Origin: an archaeon
GTDB lineage: Archaea > EX4484-52 > WAPT01
NCBI GenBank assembly: GCA_029258795.1
Contig: JAPDKB010000007.1
Coordinates: forward strand, 1-64,000
Length of the DNA: 64,000 bases
Reading direction: 5' to 3'
Shown: positions 18,450 through 28,364 of the stretch, one piece after another
How positions within the stretch are numbered: position 1 is the first letter of the stretch
How the letters are laid out: each line of letters opens with the position of its first letter
Notes under the pieces: generated by a model
What the model saw: only the letters and a program-made list of their open reading frames with translations
Database searches by the model: none
What the model was told of the DNA's origin: nothing
Translations under genes and position numbers: made by a program

Positions 18450-20360
18450 TTATCTTAACCTGTACGCATCCAGGTTGGATGGAACCACCGTCTCAACTCT
18501 GTGTATTTTGTGGAGTGTTGCTGCAAGGTTGTGTGATTTGGATGGCTCACCGTGGTTAAGGAAGATTCTCTGCGGTCTACTCTTAAGCCTGCTGACGAAA
18601 TTTATGAGCTGGTTCCTGTCTGAGTGGCCAGAGAAACCCTCGACCGTCACAACCTCCATTTCAATTTTGAGCACCTTGTTCTCACCAGACACTGATGAAA
18701 GTGGAATTTCCCGCCATCCCTTCTGAATCTTTGCTCCTAATGTACCTTCTGCCTGATACCCCACAAATATGAGCGTGTTCTTGCTATCGGAGGCAAGGCC
18801 TTTCAAATACTCCATGACAGGACCGCCGTTTATCATACCAGAAGTTGTTATTATGACCGCAGGCTCCTTACTGTCTATGATGTTCGCTCTCTCGCTCGCG
18901 GTTGTGACATTATTGAATATCTCCTCCGCAAACGGATTCTTATCCTCCCTGAAAATCAGCTTTTGCAAGTATCTGGACAGAAATTCAGGATAGGTAGTGT
19001 GGATTATCGTGCTTTCCCATATCATACCGTCAAGATAGACAGGTACATCTATTTCGCCCTTCCTCCAGCGGTCTGCAAGAACCATCATTATTTCCTGCGC
19101 TCTTCCAACCGCAAATGACGGTATTATGACCTTTCCTTTTCTTTCCACAGTTCTCTTTATGACATCAATCAAATTCTCCTGCGCTTTCTTTATGGGAGGC
19201 ATTATATCGTTCTTCCCACCGTATGTGCTCTCCATGATCATCGCTTCCACTCTGGCAAAGTTGGTGTATGCGGGCTCGAAGAGATAAGTTCTTCCATACT
19301 TGAAGTCGCCAGTATAAAGCAGATTGAAAAAGCCCTCTCCTATGTGGAGGTGTGCCATGGCACTACCCAGAATATGACCCGCATTCTGGAATGTTAATCT
19401 CATGTCCGGAGTGATGTCGCAAACCTCTCCGTAATCAAGAGCTATGCTGTGCTTCACAGCATTTCTAATTCCTTTAGAAGTGTAAGGAGGATCTATCCCA
19501 TCCTTCTGCAACACATCTATATAGTCCAGTTGTAGTAGCACCATCAAATCTCTGGTGGGAGCGGTCAAATACACAGGTCCTTTGTATCCGTACTCATAAA
19601 GAAACGGCAAAAAGCCAGAGTGGTCGAGGTGAGCATGGGTGAGTATGACGGCATCCAGCTCATCCATCTGGAACTCTGGAGCGTCAAGGTAGGGATGAGG
19701 GTTGTTACCTATGGACATGGATTCTCCACAATCAAGAAGCACTTTGCTCTCTTTCGTTTGAAGCAGGATGCAGCTTCTTCCAACCTCTCCAGCACTGCCG
19801 AGAAAAGAAACTCTCACCCACCCTTTCTTCGAACCTTTCTTGAACTTAATCATCTCTCCTATCTTGTTGAGGAACTTGACTCTGTATTTCGCTTCCTCGT
19901 GCAAAATCTCTCTGGCCTTTTCGACTATGGGTGAGTGGTAGAGTGGAACTCTCAGAACCTCAGGGCTCCAGCCCACTGCCTCCTTTATTTTTCGCAACGT
20001 CTCACCATTCTTTCCAATCACAAGCCCGGGCTTTTTGGCAAAGATCAGAACTTTGGAGAACTCCGGCTCGAATTTTATGTCCTTTATCTCGGCTTCTTTC
20101 GGCACAATTTCCATTATTTTCTTCTTTGCTTCTTCCGGATCAAGTGAAAGGACGGGGTCAGGCCTTATCTCTATTCTCTTCCTTATCTCGGAAATAATTT
20201 CCTTTATTTTTTCCCCTCCATTCAAAAAGAAATCTTTGTTTTTAGTGTAGACCACTATGTTCGGTCCTTCAAACAGCGCTTTTGTTATCTCCGCATCTTC
20301 CGGAAACTTTTTTTCTATCAGTTCCTGCAAGCTCTTATATTCCACACTCATACTTTCCAT
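18450..20360 (-). CDS. fttA: beta-CASP ribonuclease aCPSF1 (termination factor FttA)
   Basis: Two KH domains, THAHLDHSG, NAGHILGS, YTGD, MESTYG, FSGHSD, NHGE; next to psmB. Confidence 0.96.
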   Translation of the reverse strand: MESMSVEYKSLQELIEKKFPEDAEITKALFEGPNIVVYTKNKDFFLNGGEKIKEIISEIRKRIEIRPDPVLSLDPEEAKKKIMEIVPKEAEIKDIKFEPEFSKVLIFAKKPGLVIGKNGETLRKIKEAVGWSPEVLRVPLYHSPIVEKAREILHEEAKYRVKFLNKIGEMIKFKKGSKKGWVRVSFLGSAGEVGRSCILLQTKESKVLLDCGESMSIGNNPHPYLDAPEFQMDELDAVILTHAHLDHSGFLPFLYEYGYKGPVYLTAPTRDLMVLLQLDYIDVLQKDGIDPPYTSKGIRNAVKHSIALDYGEVCDITPDMRLTFQNAGHILGSAMAHLHIGEGFFNLLYTGDFKYGRTYLFEPAYTNFARVEAMIMESTYGGKNDIMPPIKKAQENLIDVIKRTVERKGKVIIPSFAVGRAQEIMMVLADRWRKGEIDVPVYLDGMIWESTIIHTTYPEFLSRYLQKLIFREDKNPFAEEIFNNVTTASERANIIDSKEPAVIITTSGMINGGPVMEYLKGLASDSKNTLIFVGYQAEGTLGAKIQKGWREIPLSSVSGENKVLKIEMEVVTVEGFSGHSDRNQLINFVSRLKSRPQRIFLNHGEPSKSHNLAATLHKIHRVETVVPSNLDAYRLR

Positions 20361-20441
20361 CTCCTTCAGTTTTCACATGAAAAGCATGAAACATTCGTTC
20401 GGGCTCGGACGGAAAAAGAAGATAAAATGATCTATACATAT

Positions 20442-21092
20442 TCACCCATTTAGCTTCTTTTCTATCAGTTCCTGTGGCACTTCCTCCACGCCTTTTTGCG
20501 TGACGGTAATTATCGTCATGGATTTACCACCACTATATACGTCTCTTTCCCTTGCTGCTTTTATCGCTCGTAGCAGGAGGTCTACCCCTTCCTTAGTTGT
20601 CATTTCGGGATTGTACTGGTCTTCCAGCACACCAACGGCTATGGGTGAACCAGATCCGGTGAAAGTAAACGTCTTTTCCTCGCTCACACCTCCAGCCACA
20701 TCAAGGGAGAACAATCTTGCCCCAGTGTGATCATAGCCACCTATAACCAGCTGCACAAGCTCGGGCACGAAGGATTTATAAGAAGCTCTAAGGATGTTCG
20801 CAAGCAGCGTTGCGGCAGCTTTAACCGTCACAACTCCATGCTCAAGCTCGTACAATTTCATCTCAGCCCTCAGCAGCCTGACCATCGCCTGAGCATCTCC
20901 CACACTTCCCGCTATGGTCATGGCTATGTTATCGGTTATCTTAAACACCTTCTGGGCTTCCTTCGAAGCTACGATGTTTCCCATAGTGGCCTTTTGGTCT
21001 GCAGCCAGTACCACACCATCCTTGCAAACGATACCTGCAGTGGTCGTTCCCGTTTTTAGTATGTATTCAGAAATCTTCACCACCCCTTTCAC
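20442..21092 (-). CDS. psmB: proteasome beta subunit
   Basis: KTG/TTT autocleavage site, AADQKAT, GSVGDAQ, TGSGS. Confidence 0.95.
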   Translation of the reverse strand: MKGVVKISEYILKTGTTTAGIVCKDGVVLAADQKATMGNIVASKEAQKVFKITDNIAMTIAGSVGDAQAMVRLLRAEMKLYELEHGVVTVKAAATLLANILRASYKSFVPELVQLVIGGYDHTGARLFSLDVAGGVSEEKTFTFTGSGSPIAVGVLEDQYNPEMTTKEGVDLLLRAIKAARERDVYSGGKSMTIITVTQKGVEEVPQELIEKKLNG

Positions 21093-21199
21093 AGAATACT
21101 TGGGTTATTTTTAATCTTGAGGGAAATTTTATAAATGTTTGCCAGCTCGTGAAAAATTTATAAAAAATAGACTCCTGATTGAGTTGCGGGTGGTGAAAT

Positions 21200-21763
21200 G
21201 TGAAAAGAGAGGACGCGCTTCAGCTCTTGCAAAAATATGTGAAGGATGATAAGCTTGTGAAGCACTGCATTGCTACTGGCGCGATAATGAGAATGCTTGC
21301 GAGAGAGCTGGGAGCTGATGAGGAAATGTGGGAAGCTATCGGCATTCTGCACGATATAGATTATGAGGTTGTTGGAAAGGACATGAAGAGGCACGGAAAG
21401 GAAGGAGAGAAGATTTTGCTGGAGGAGAGAGTGGATGAGGAGATCGCAAGAGTGGTTGGCAGGCACAATCATTTCGCGCTTGAGATGAGCATAGAGGAAT
21501 ATGAAGAACCGGTGGAGATAGCATTGCAGTGTGCCGACAACCTGTCCGGGCTGATTGTGGCATGTGCCCTTGTAAAGGACGGAAAGCTGAGCGAGGTGAG
21601 CGTGAAAACAATTAAAAAGAAGTTCAAAGAGAAGTGCTTTGCTGCCGGGTGCCTGAGAGAGAACATAAAGCTGGTGGAGAAACTCAACATCCCGCTGGAA
21701 AGAGCTTTCGAGCTTGCTCTGGAAGGAATGCTTGATGTGAAGGACGAGCTTGAGCTGGAATGA
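21200..21763 (+). CDS. HD-domain protein (COG2316-like)
   Basis: KHC, GILHDIDYE, RHN, ADNLSGLIVACAL, KKKFKEKCFAAG. Confidence 0.85.
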   Translation: MKREDALQLLQKYVKDDKLVKHCIATGAIMRMLARELGADEEMWEAIGILHDIDYEVVGKDMKRHGKEGEKILLEERVDEEIARVVGRHNHFALEMSIEEYEEPVEIALQCADNLSGLIVACALVKDGKLSEVSVKTIKKKFKEKCFAAGCLRENIKLVEKLNIPLERAFELALEGMLDVKDELELE

Positions 21764-21788
21764 GATGGTGATGTTTACTTGGACAAAT

Positions 21789-22499
21789 TCATCTGAGCTG
21801 TTCCGCAATCCCCTCCTTTCCATACTCCAAATCCTTTCTGCACTCACGGCAAAGAGCATCTCCCGTCTTTCTTTTTCTTTTCGCAACCTTCACGGCCTGC
21901 TCTCTAAGATCCACGAATCTGTGCTCGTACCTCCCGGTTCTGCCGTTCACCACTGGCCTTACAACGTTCACCTGTCCCATCGCACAGTCATCCAGAATGC
22001 AGTGAGTACCCAGTATTTCCACAGTTCCTTCTCTTCCGGGTCGCGGAGCGCTGAAAAGATGAGAGAACTCATGCAATATCATGGTGTACATCGCTTGTGG
22101 TTTCACATCGGAGTACCATTCGCTTATTCTGTAGTCGGAGATTATCGTGAATCCGGGCGGAATCCTTCCTGTATTGATGGGAATTGTGGTTCCGTAAACA
22201 AAATTGTTATTTCTATCACCGGAATAGAGATCGATTCCTGTGAGAACGAACTCCACATGGGGCTCTGCCTTTTGGTAGGGTTCCATGGCGCATTTAACCA
22301 ACACCGCGAGAGTTGATGCCTGCTCTGTTCCCTTGGTCTCCCTCCCCACGTTCAGTGCTTCTTCAAAATAATCGAGAGAGGACACACCGAAGTACTTAAC
22401 AGGGAACTTGGTTTCGTACCCTCTACGCACAATCTCCTCATCGAGGACTCTCAATCCCAGCTCAACAGTATCTCTACCCACCTTTCTGTCGTGCCACAC
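21789..22499 (-). CDS. archaemetzincin-like zinc metalloprotease
   Basis: HEFSH...HCILDDCAM...LCRECR; start codon uncertain. Confidence 0.65.
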   Translation of the reverse strand: MWHDRKVGRDTVELGLRVLDEEIVRRGYETKFPVKYFGVSSLDYFEEALNVGRETKGTEQASTLAVLVKCAMEPYQKAEPHVEFVLTGIDLYSGDRNNNFVYGTTIPINTGRIPPGFTIISDYRISEWYSDVKPQAMYTMILHEFSHLFSAPRPGREGTVEILGTHCILDDCAMGQVNVVRPVVNGRTGRYEHRFVDLREQAVKVAKRKRKTGDALCRECRKDLEYGKEGIAEQLR

Positions 22500-22516
22500 G
22501 TAGAACGGAAGTCAGT

Positions 22517-23764
22517 TCATTCCATTTCCAGTTCGAATATCTCCAGAAGCCGGTTGTACTTGCACGTTCTCTCTGCTCTCGCAGGTGCGCCGAACTTTAC
22601 CAGATCTGCCCTCGCGCCGGCAGCAAAATCCGCAATGAACACATCTTCGCTATCTCCTGACCGGTGAGAAGGGATGACAGCAATTTTTTTCTTCTTCGCA
22701 GCTTTTACAGCCATGATGGCTTTCGTCACAGTTCCTATCTGGTTCGGTTTTATTATCACCCCGTTTATCAGCTTCTTCGCATACCTGTCAATCACCACAT
22801 AGTTCGTTGTGGTTAGATCATCGCCCACCACCAACACTCTCTTGCCAATCGAGGCGTAAAGCAGTTGCCACCCTTCCAGATCATTCTCATCCATCCCATC
22901 TTCGAGATAGACAAGCGGGAATGCTGATGCAAGTTCCTCGTACACCTCCGCCAGCTTTTCTCTGCTCATCTTCCTCTTCTGCAAAACATACAAATCTCGC
23001 TTCTCATTGTAGAATTGAGAGGCCGCAGCATCCAGACCAAGTGCTATTCTACCCGTGATTCCAACTTCATCCGCGCATGCAAGAATGAGCTCAAACCTGT
23101 CACGCACATCTCTCAGCGGAGGAACGAAGCCGCCCTCATCAGCAACCAGTGTGTGCACGGCTCCGTATTTTTTCTTCACCTTCTCCCTAAGAACATTGTA
23201 AAGCATGCATGCGTCCATAACCGCTTCGCTCAGCTTCCTGTAGTTTTTCATTATAACCAGATGCTCCTGAAAATCGTTCTCTATACCAGCATGCACCCCA
23301 CCGTTTATGAAGTTCATCAGCGGGAGCGGAAAACTCCGCCCTTCGGTCTTCGCTTCACCATTTTTGCCAATAAATTCCTCAATCAGCTCCCAGCACTTCA
23401 CACCTTTTGCATGGGATGTTGCTTTGAATAGAGCAATGGATGTGGCTATGGTGAAGTTACCCCCTACACCCTTTTCCAGCATTGAATCCAGCAAGCTCTC
23501 CAGCCCCTCCAAGCAGGTAATTTCGCTTCCTACAAGATGTTCGGCATACTTCGTGTTAAACTCTTTACAGCTTTTTTTCACTCGCAAAGCATTAAAGCCG
23601 GCACCACCATCCGTTCTGATTTTCACTTCCCTGCTGCCGGTTGACGCTCCTGACGGAGATGTGCCCGAGAAAACGCTACCGTCCTCCAACACTACAACAA
23701 CCCTAACCGTCGGTCTTGCTCTGGAATCCACAACTTCCATGGCATGCACAGCTTTTATTTTCAT
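22517..23764 (-). CDS. eno: enolase (divergent)
   Basis: PSGASTG, NGGVHA, FQE, DEGGF, LDAAAS, GDDL, IKPNQIG, SHRSG, KYNRLL. Confidence 0.93.
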   Translation of the reverse strand: MKIKAVHAMEVVDSRARPTVRVVVVLEDGSVFSGTSPSGASTGSREVKIRTDGGAGFNALRVKKSCKEFNTKYAEHLVGSEITCLEGLESLLDSMLEKGVGGNFTIATSIALFKATSHAKGVKCWELIEEFIGKNGEAKTEGRSFPLPLMNFINGGVHAGIENDFQEHLVIMKNYRKLSEAVMDACMLYNVLREKVKKKYGAVHTLVADEGGFVPPLRDVRDRFELILACADEVGITGRIALGLDAAASQFYNEKRDLYVLQKRKMSREKLAEVYEELASAFPLVYLEDGMDENDLEGWQLLYASIGKRVLVVGDDLTTTNYVVIDRYAKKLINGVIIKPNQIGTVTKAIMAVKAAKKKKIAVIPSHRSGDSEDVFIADFAAGARADLVKFGAPARAERTCKYNRLLEIFELEME

Positions 23765-23777
23765 CCGCCCACCATAT

Positions 23778-24722
23778 CTACGCAGTTACGTATGCAGCAT
23801 ACATGAACACGAAGTAAAGTGAGAGAAGTATGATCCCCTCCCATCTTGTGTATCTTTTATGGAGAGTCATCAGCGTGAAAATAACTGTGATGAGTATCAT
23901 GTTAATCGTGCTAACCATTCCGCAGAAATCCACCACCATGGGCCTAAGAATCGCAGCACCTCCCAATGCAAGGAGGAGATTCACAACGTTGCTCCCGACT
24001 ATGTCTCCCACAAGCAGCTCATAGTAGTGCTTCCGCATAGCTGCTATGGTTGTAAAGAGCTCCGGCAGAGAGGTGCCGACAGCCACAGCAGTCATCCCTA
24101 TAAAAGTATGTGTTATGCCCAGAGCATCAGCGATCATTGCGGCCGAGTTGACGACGAGCTGCGCACCAAAAATCACGAAGACAGAGCCGAAGTAAAGGAG
24201 AGCCAGTTCCTTTCTGGCTAATTTGTTCGCTCTCACTTTTTTTCTTTTCATCTCGCTGGCCCTTCTCTTCTTTTCTTTATTGTACCATAGATAAAAGTAA
24301 AGGATGAAAAGAAGAAGAGACACAAAACCCTCAACCCTGCTTATGAACCTTCCTGAAAAGATGAAAATGCTCCACAGAAGTGTTATGGCAAGCATTTCCA
24401 GCTCCCCGCCCCGTTCACTTCTCGTTACCTTCATCGATCTTATGCCGAGCATTCCTATTCCAAACACGAGCCCTATATTGGCTATGTTGCTCCCCACTAT
24501 GTTACCTACGGCTATCCCTCCAACTCCCTTGTAGGCAGCATATAGTGTGGAGGCTATCTCTGGCAAAGATGTGCTGATGGCCACGCCGAAGAACCCCACG
24601 ATGAATGGAGAAACATGCATCTTTTCAGCGATTCTCTGACAGCTCTCCACAAACCAATCGCTACCCTTGTTAAGGAGCACAAGTCCTACCACGAACATGA
24701 GAAGCAGGATGCTTAGCATCAT
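23778..24722 (-). CDS. Ca2+/Na+ antiporter, YrbG/CaCA family
   Basis: Two alpha repeats TSLPE, with GNIVGSN and GDIVGSN. Confidence 0.92.
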   Translation of the reverse strand: MMLSILLLMFVVGLVLLNKGSDWFVESCQRIAEKMHVSPFIVGFFGVAISTSLPEIASTLYAAYKGVGGIAVGNIVGSNIANIGLVFGIGMLGIRSMKVTRSERGGELEMLAITLLWSIFIFSGRFISRVEGFVSLLLFILYFYLWYNKEKKRRASEMKRKKVRANKLARKELALLYFGSVFVIFGAQLVVNSAAMIADALGITHTFIGMTAVAVGTSLPELFTTIAAMRKHYYELLVGDIVGSNVVNLLLALGGAAILRPMVVDFCGMVSTINMILITVIFTLMTLHKRYTRWEGIILLSLYFVFMYAAYVTA

Positions 24723-24811
24723 GATTTTTTATCTTTTCGAGCTCCCATATAAAGGTTTTGTCCCGCAGAAGACGTGAAACACTCTTTTCCAGTTGCTCGC
24801 TCTCAATCCAT

Positions 24812-25279
24812 TTACGCGCTTTCGTTCATCCACACATCATATACATTTGCGCACTCTGTAGTTACTCTCACTTTATACACACTGCCAAATCCAGCGGGGC
24901 AGGTGGCTGTGAAGTCCCTCACTTCATTGCTACCGAACTCCACACCATCACCTCCAGAATACACATCACATCCGCTGAAGGACTTGTTGAAAGCAAAAAC
25001 TCTCGTTACCTTTATCGGCTCAGCTCCCGGGTTTTCAACTCTCACCACAAGCCGATCCCCCTGCCAGAATACCCCACTTATCTTTATCAGCTTGTTGGAA
25101 CAATAAATTACGTTGGTGGTGGAGCTTTCAGTTTCTTTCGTCTGAGTTAAAGCATAGTTCCTGAGCCATGAGCCCACAAACATGGAGAGACCAACGGTTA
25201 TCACCACCAGAATAACCACGGCTATGAAAGGGGAGATAGCCTTTCTGCCGGAAGACACATCTCTTGCTTTTTCACTCAT
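24812..25279 (-). CDS. archaeal type IV pilin-like protein
   Basis: Class III signal RKA/ISPFIAVVILVVITV; TATA about 25 nt upstream of ATG 25279. Confidence 0.85.
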   Translation of the reverse strand: MSEKARDVSSGRKAISPFIAVVILVVITVGLSMFVGSWLRNYALTQTKETESSTTNVIYCSNKLIKISGVFWQGDRLVVRVENPGAEPIKVTRVFAFNKSFSGCDVYSGGDGVEFGSNEVRDFTATCPAGFGSVYKVRVTTECANVYDVWMNESA

Positions 25280-25327
25280 AACAATTATTTCCGGCAGGAA
25301 TTGCATATAAAATTTTCGGTTTTATGT

Positions 25328-26386
25328 TTAAACTTGAATTATTCTGCCCTCAGCAGCTTTTTTCAACCTGTTCATTATGCTTATCCACAACCCATCTTCA
25401 ATCCTTCCTTCTGCAACGATGAAATCCACGTTTTCTTTATCAAATTCTCTCAAGACGGAGAACAGAGTTCTTGCTGCTTTTCTCGCGTCTCTTCCACACA
25501 GCTTTATCACCACAAGGTTTTCAAGCTTTTTCAAGGCAGCATGAGTTTCATCATCGAAAAGCAGGGTCCCGACTTTCCTCCCTTTCTTCAGCTCGGAGAT
25601 CGCAACTTCAGAAATCTTCCTAATCACAAGGTCGCGGTTTTCACCCACCACAACCACCATGTCAGCATCAGGAGCATAATGCCTGTACTTCATGCCGGGA
25701 GAAAGGGGCTTGCTCAGGTCTTTTCCTTTCAGCTGCTCGTAAAGAACGGCTTTCTTCCCAATCACACTTTCGATATCCTCTGGCGTTATGAATCCCGGCC
25801 GGAGCACAACAACCCTGTCCTTCTCGATCTTTACAACCGTCGACTCTAGGCCAAGAGGAGTATCTCCGCTGTCTATTATCACGTCCACTTTGCCGTAAAA
25901 ATCCTGCATGACATGTTCCGCTTTCGTTCCGCTTGGCTTGCCCGCTATGTTTGCACTGGGCGCGGCTATGGGTGTTTCACACCCCTCTATGAGTTTAAGC
26001 GCAACCCTGTGGGAGGGCATTCTGACTGCTACGGTATCCAAACCTGCGGTTACCTCAGCAGGTACTTCCTCTCGCTTGGGAAGCACTACGGTCAGCGGTC
26101 CCGGCCAGAAAGCATCCATGAGCTTCTTAGCATCATCACTTATCTCCCTTGCCACGTTTTCCACCTGTTCCATGGAACAGACGTGAACGATAAGCGGGTT
26201 ATCGGCTGGCCTGCCCTTTACCTCAAATATTTTTCTCACCGCTCTTCTGTTGAACGCATCAGCTCCGACACCATACACGGTTTCGGTGGGGAAGACGACC
26301 ACCCCGCCCCTTCTTACCGCTTCTATTGCCGGCTTTAACGCATCAATGCTCGCTTTTTCCTCATCAACCCTGATGATCTCGGTCAT
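25328..26386 (-). CDS. sua5: threonylcarbamoyl-AMP synthase Sua5
   Basis: FPTETVYG, KGRPADNPLIVH, AAPSAN, SPGMKYRHYAP, MNRLKKAA. Confidence 0.96.
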   Translation of the reverse strand: MTEIIRVDEEKASIDALKPAIEAVRRGGVVVFPTETVYGVGADAFNRRAVRKIFEVKGRPADNPLIVHVCSMEQVENVAREISDDAKKLMDAFWPGPLTVVLPKREEVPAEVTAGLDTVAVRMPSHRVALKLIEGCETPIAAPSANIAGKPSGTKAEHVMQDFYGKVDVIIDSGDTPLGLESTVVKIEKDRVVVLRPGFITPEDIESVIGKKAVLYEQLKGKDLSKPLSPGMKYRHYAPDADMVVVVGENRDLVIRKISEVAISELKKGRKVGTLLFDDETHAALKKLENLVVIKLCGRDARKAARTLFSVLREFDKENVDFIVAEGRIEDGLWISIMNRLKKAAEGRIIQV

Positions 26387-26441
26387 GTGAAGAGCGATGG
26401 TGCGGAATCTTTAAAGAATTTGCTTTCGAGAAATTTCTTAC

Positions 26442-27242
26442 ATGGAACGCAAGGGTTTCGCACAGCTTTTTGCTGTTGCGCTTATCGTGCTCGGTTTGAC
26501 AGCGGTTTTTATGGTGAGCACGCATCAGAATCCGCACGCTGCAAGTTCACAAACTCGCAAGCTCAGCTTCCAGTACGACGTTTCTGGATGCGGTGATGAC
26601 AGCAGGAGCGAGGTAAAAAGAGCGGACATGAATGTTGAAGCCGGCGGAGGAATAAACGTTAATACAACCTCAGATTCCATCATGATTCTTCATGAGCTCA
26701 ACTACTTCTGCTGCGCAAAGCTCAAACTGGAGGCAGCACGACAGAACAGCACCATTATCGTCACAGAGGTGAATGAAGGGGATGTGTGTAAGTGCATATG
26801 CACCTACAGGGTGAGCGCTGAGATAAAAGACCTGCAGCCGGGCAGATACACCGTGATCCTGAAAGGCGTGGAAATGAAGCACGGCAACATAACGCACGAG
26901 GGAAGCGTGCTGTGGAAAGGCGAGGTTGCGGTTGGCTCGGAAGGAAACATGAAAAGTGACGCGGGGCAAAAAGAGCAGGAAGAATCAGGCACTGCCGGTG
27001 CTGAAAAAGAGGGGAGCGGAAATGAAGGAGATGGTGGGGAGTTCTGTGGCCTCTCAACCAAAGGTAAGTGCAGCAGCGATGACGACTGCATCGTATCCGG
27101 ATGTTCAGCGCAGGTCTGTCAGAGCAGGTTTGAAGCACCTGTTATGACGACGTGCGAGATAAGGAAGTGCTATAACGCTGCTGCCTACGGAATGAAGTGT
27201 AAATGCGTTGACGGTAAGTGCATGTGGGTCAAGGTTGCATGA
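26442..27242 (+). CDS. secreted cysteine-rich protein with C-terminal eight-cysteine-cluster domain
   Basis: N-terminal TM/signal; CC...CKCIC domain; FCGLST...CSSDDDC...GCSAQVC...TTCE...CY...CKCVDGKCMW. Confidence 0.8.
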   Translation: MERKGFAQLFAVALIVLGLTAVFMVSTHQNPHAASSQTRKLSFQYDVSGCGDDSRSEVKRADMNVEAGGGINVNTTSDSIMILHELNYFCCAKLKLEAARQNSTIIVTEVNEGDVCKCICTYRVSAEIKDLQPGRYTVILKGVEMKHGNITHEGSVLWKGEVAVGSEGNMKSDAGQKEQEESGTAGAEKEGSGNEGDGGEFCGLSTKGKCSSDDDCIVSGCSAQVCQSRFEAPVMTTCEIRKCYNAAAYGMKCKCVDGKCMWVKVA

Positions 27243-27251
27243 TCTTCTGTT

Positions 27252-28364
27252 TTACACAAGAGACAGGTACGCTTCGCAATACTCGTTCGATACTCTTTCC
27301 CAGCACGCCCTTTTGAGATCGCAGGACGGTGGAGTAAGTTTCTCTGCTGAATAATCAAAAGCAATCAGCGCTTCAGCCAGTTCCTCCACAGCAACACTCC
27401 TGAAAGTTTGCACGTTTTCGATCACTTCCAGAGCTCCGCACCGTTCTGAGCAGAGCAGCGGGATATTCAGCACGGCGCAATCCACGAGACTTATCCCGTA
27501 AGGCTCAAAATGAGCCGGATGGACCACCGCTCTGGCTTTCGAATACGCTTCTAGCAACTCGTTTTTCTCCACGAACCCCCGAAACTCGACCATGTTCTCG
27601 AGCCCGAGAAGTCCAGCCAGCGTTCTCAGCTTGTCTCTCAGCTCACCATCTCCGATAATCACAAGCTTTGCGGGCTCTGAACTTTCATCCAGATATCTTC
27701 GATAAGCGCACAGGAGCACATCAACACCCTTGTGTCTGGTCAATCTTCCGACGTAAAGGAAACAAGAGCTTTCATCATCTTTTGTTTTTGCATGATGTTG
27801 GAAATATCTTACAATATCTTGAGATGAAAATGTTGGTCCGCCATAGGTAACGCTATCTATGCGCATCCCCCTCCTTGTGGCTTCCTTTTCCATCAACCTG
27901 CTCACGGTGAAGACGAAAGATGCCTTATCTGCAATTTCTTCCAGTCGCCTGAGCTCATCATTCTCATGCTCGAAGGCCTGTCTTGTAAACCAGAAAGAAT
28001 GGTGGGTGTGCACCCATCTAACATCCTTTCCCAAATGGTTCGCCAGCATGATACCCATCCAGTCGTGCGTGTGAATTACATCAAACTTCTCGCTTTTAAC
28101 GAGTCGTTTCAATCTGCTTGCGTAATGAATCGAATTTTCAATTATGTTTTCTGAATGAGGAAGATGAACGTTGATGACTTTCTCATTCGGAGAAATGCTG
28201 TACGGTGATGCACGTCCTTCCCATGATGGGAGCGCCATCCAGACATCAAGCCCTTCTTCTTGCCTTAAAAAGGAGAACACCCTCTCCAGATGCACCTCCA
28301 ATCCACCATAGATGGTGGGATGCGTTCTCCACCCAACCAGCAGAACTCTTGGCTTAGACATCAA
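27252..28364 (-). CDS. GT4 glycosyltransferase
   Basis: YGGLE, IHTHDW, YVGRL..HKG, EPYGISLVD. Confidence 0.88.
   Translation of the reverse strand: MMSKPRVLLVGWRTHPTIYGGLEVHLERVFSFLRQEEGLDVWMALPSWEGRASPYSISPNEKVINVHLPHSENIIENSIHYASRLKRLVKSEKFDVIHTHDWMGIMLANHLGKDVRWVHTHHSFWFTRQAFEHENDELRRLEEIADKASFVFTVSRLMEKEATRRGMRIDSVTYGGPTFSSQDIVRYFQHHAKTKDDESSCFLYVGRLTRHKGVDVLLCAYRRYLDESSEPAKLVIIGDGELRDKLRTLAGLLGLENMVEFRGFVEKNELLEAYSKARAVVHPAHFEPYGISLVDCAVLNIPLLCSERCGALEVIENVQTFRSVAVEELAEALIAFDYSAEKLTPPSCDLKRACWERVSNEYCEAYLSLV

Noticed and set aside
22512-22514. In-frame TGA as evidence of recoding or selenocysteine
   Set aside because: TGA terminates many clear genes here (hel308, spt4, ftsY) and no SECIS-like element was seen
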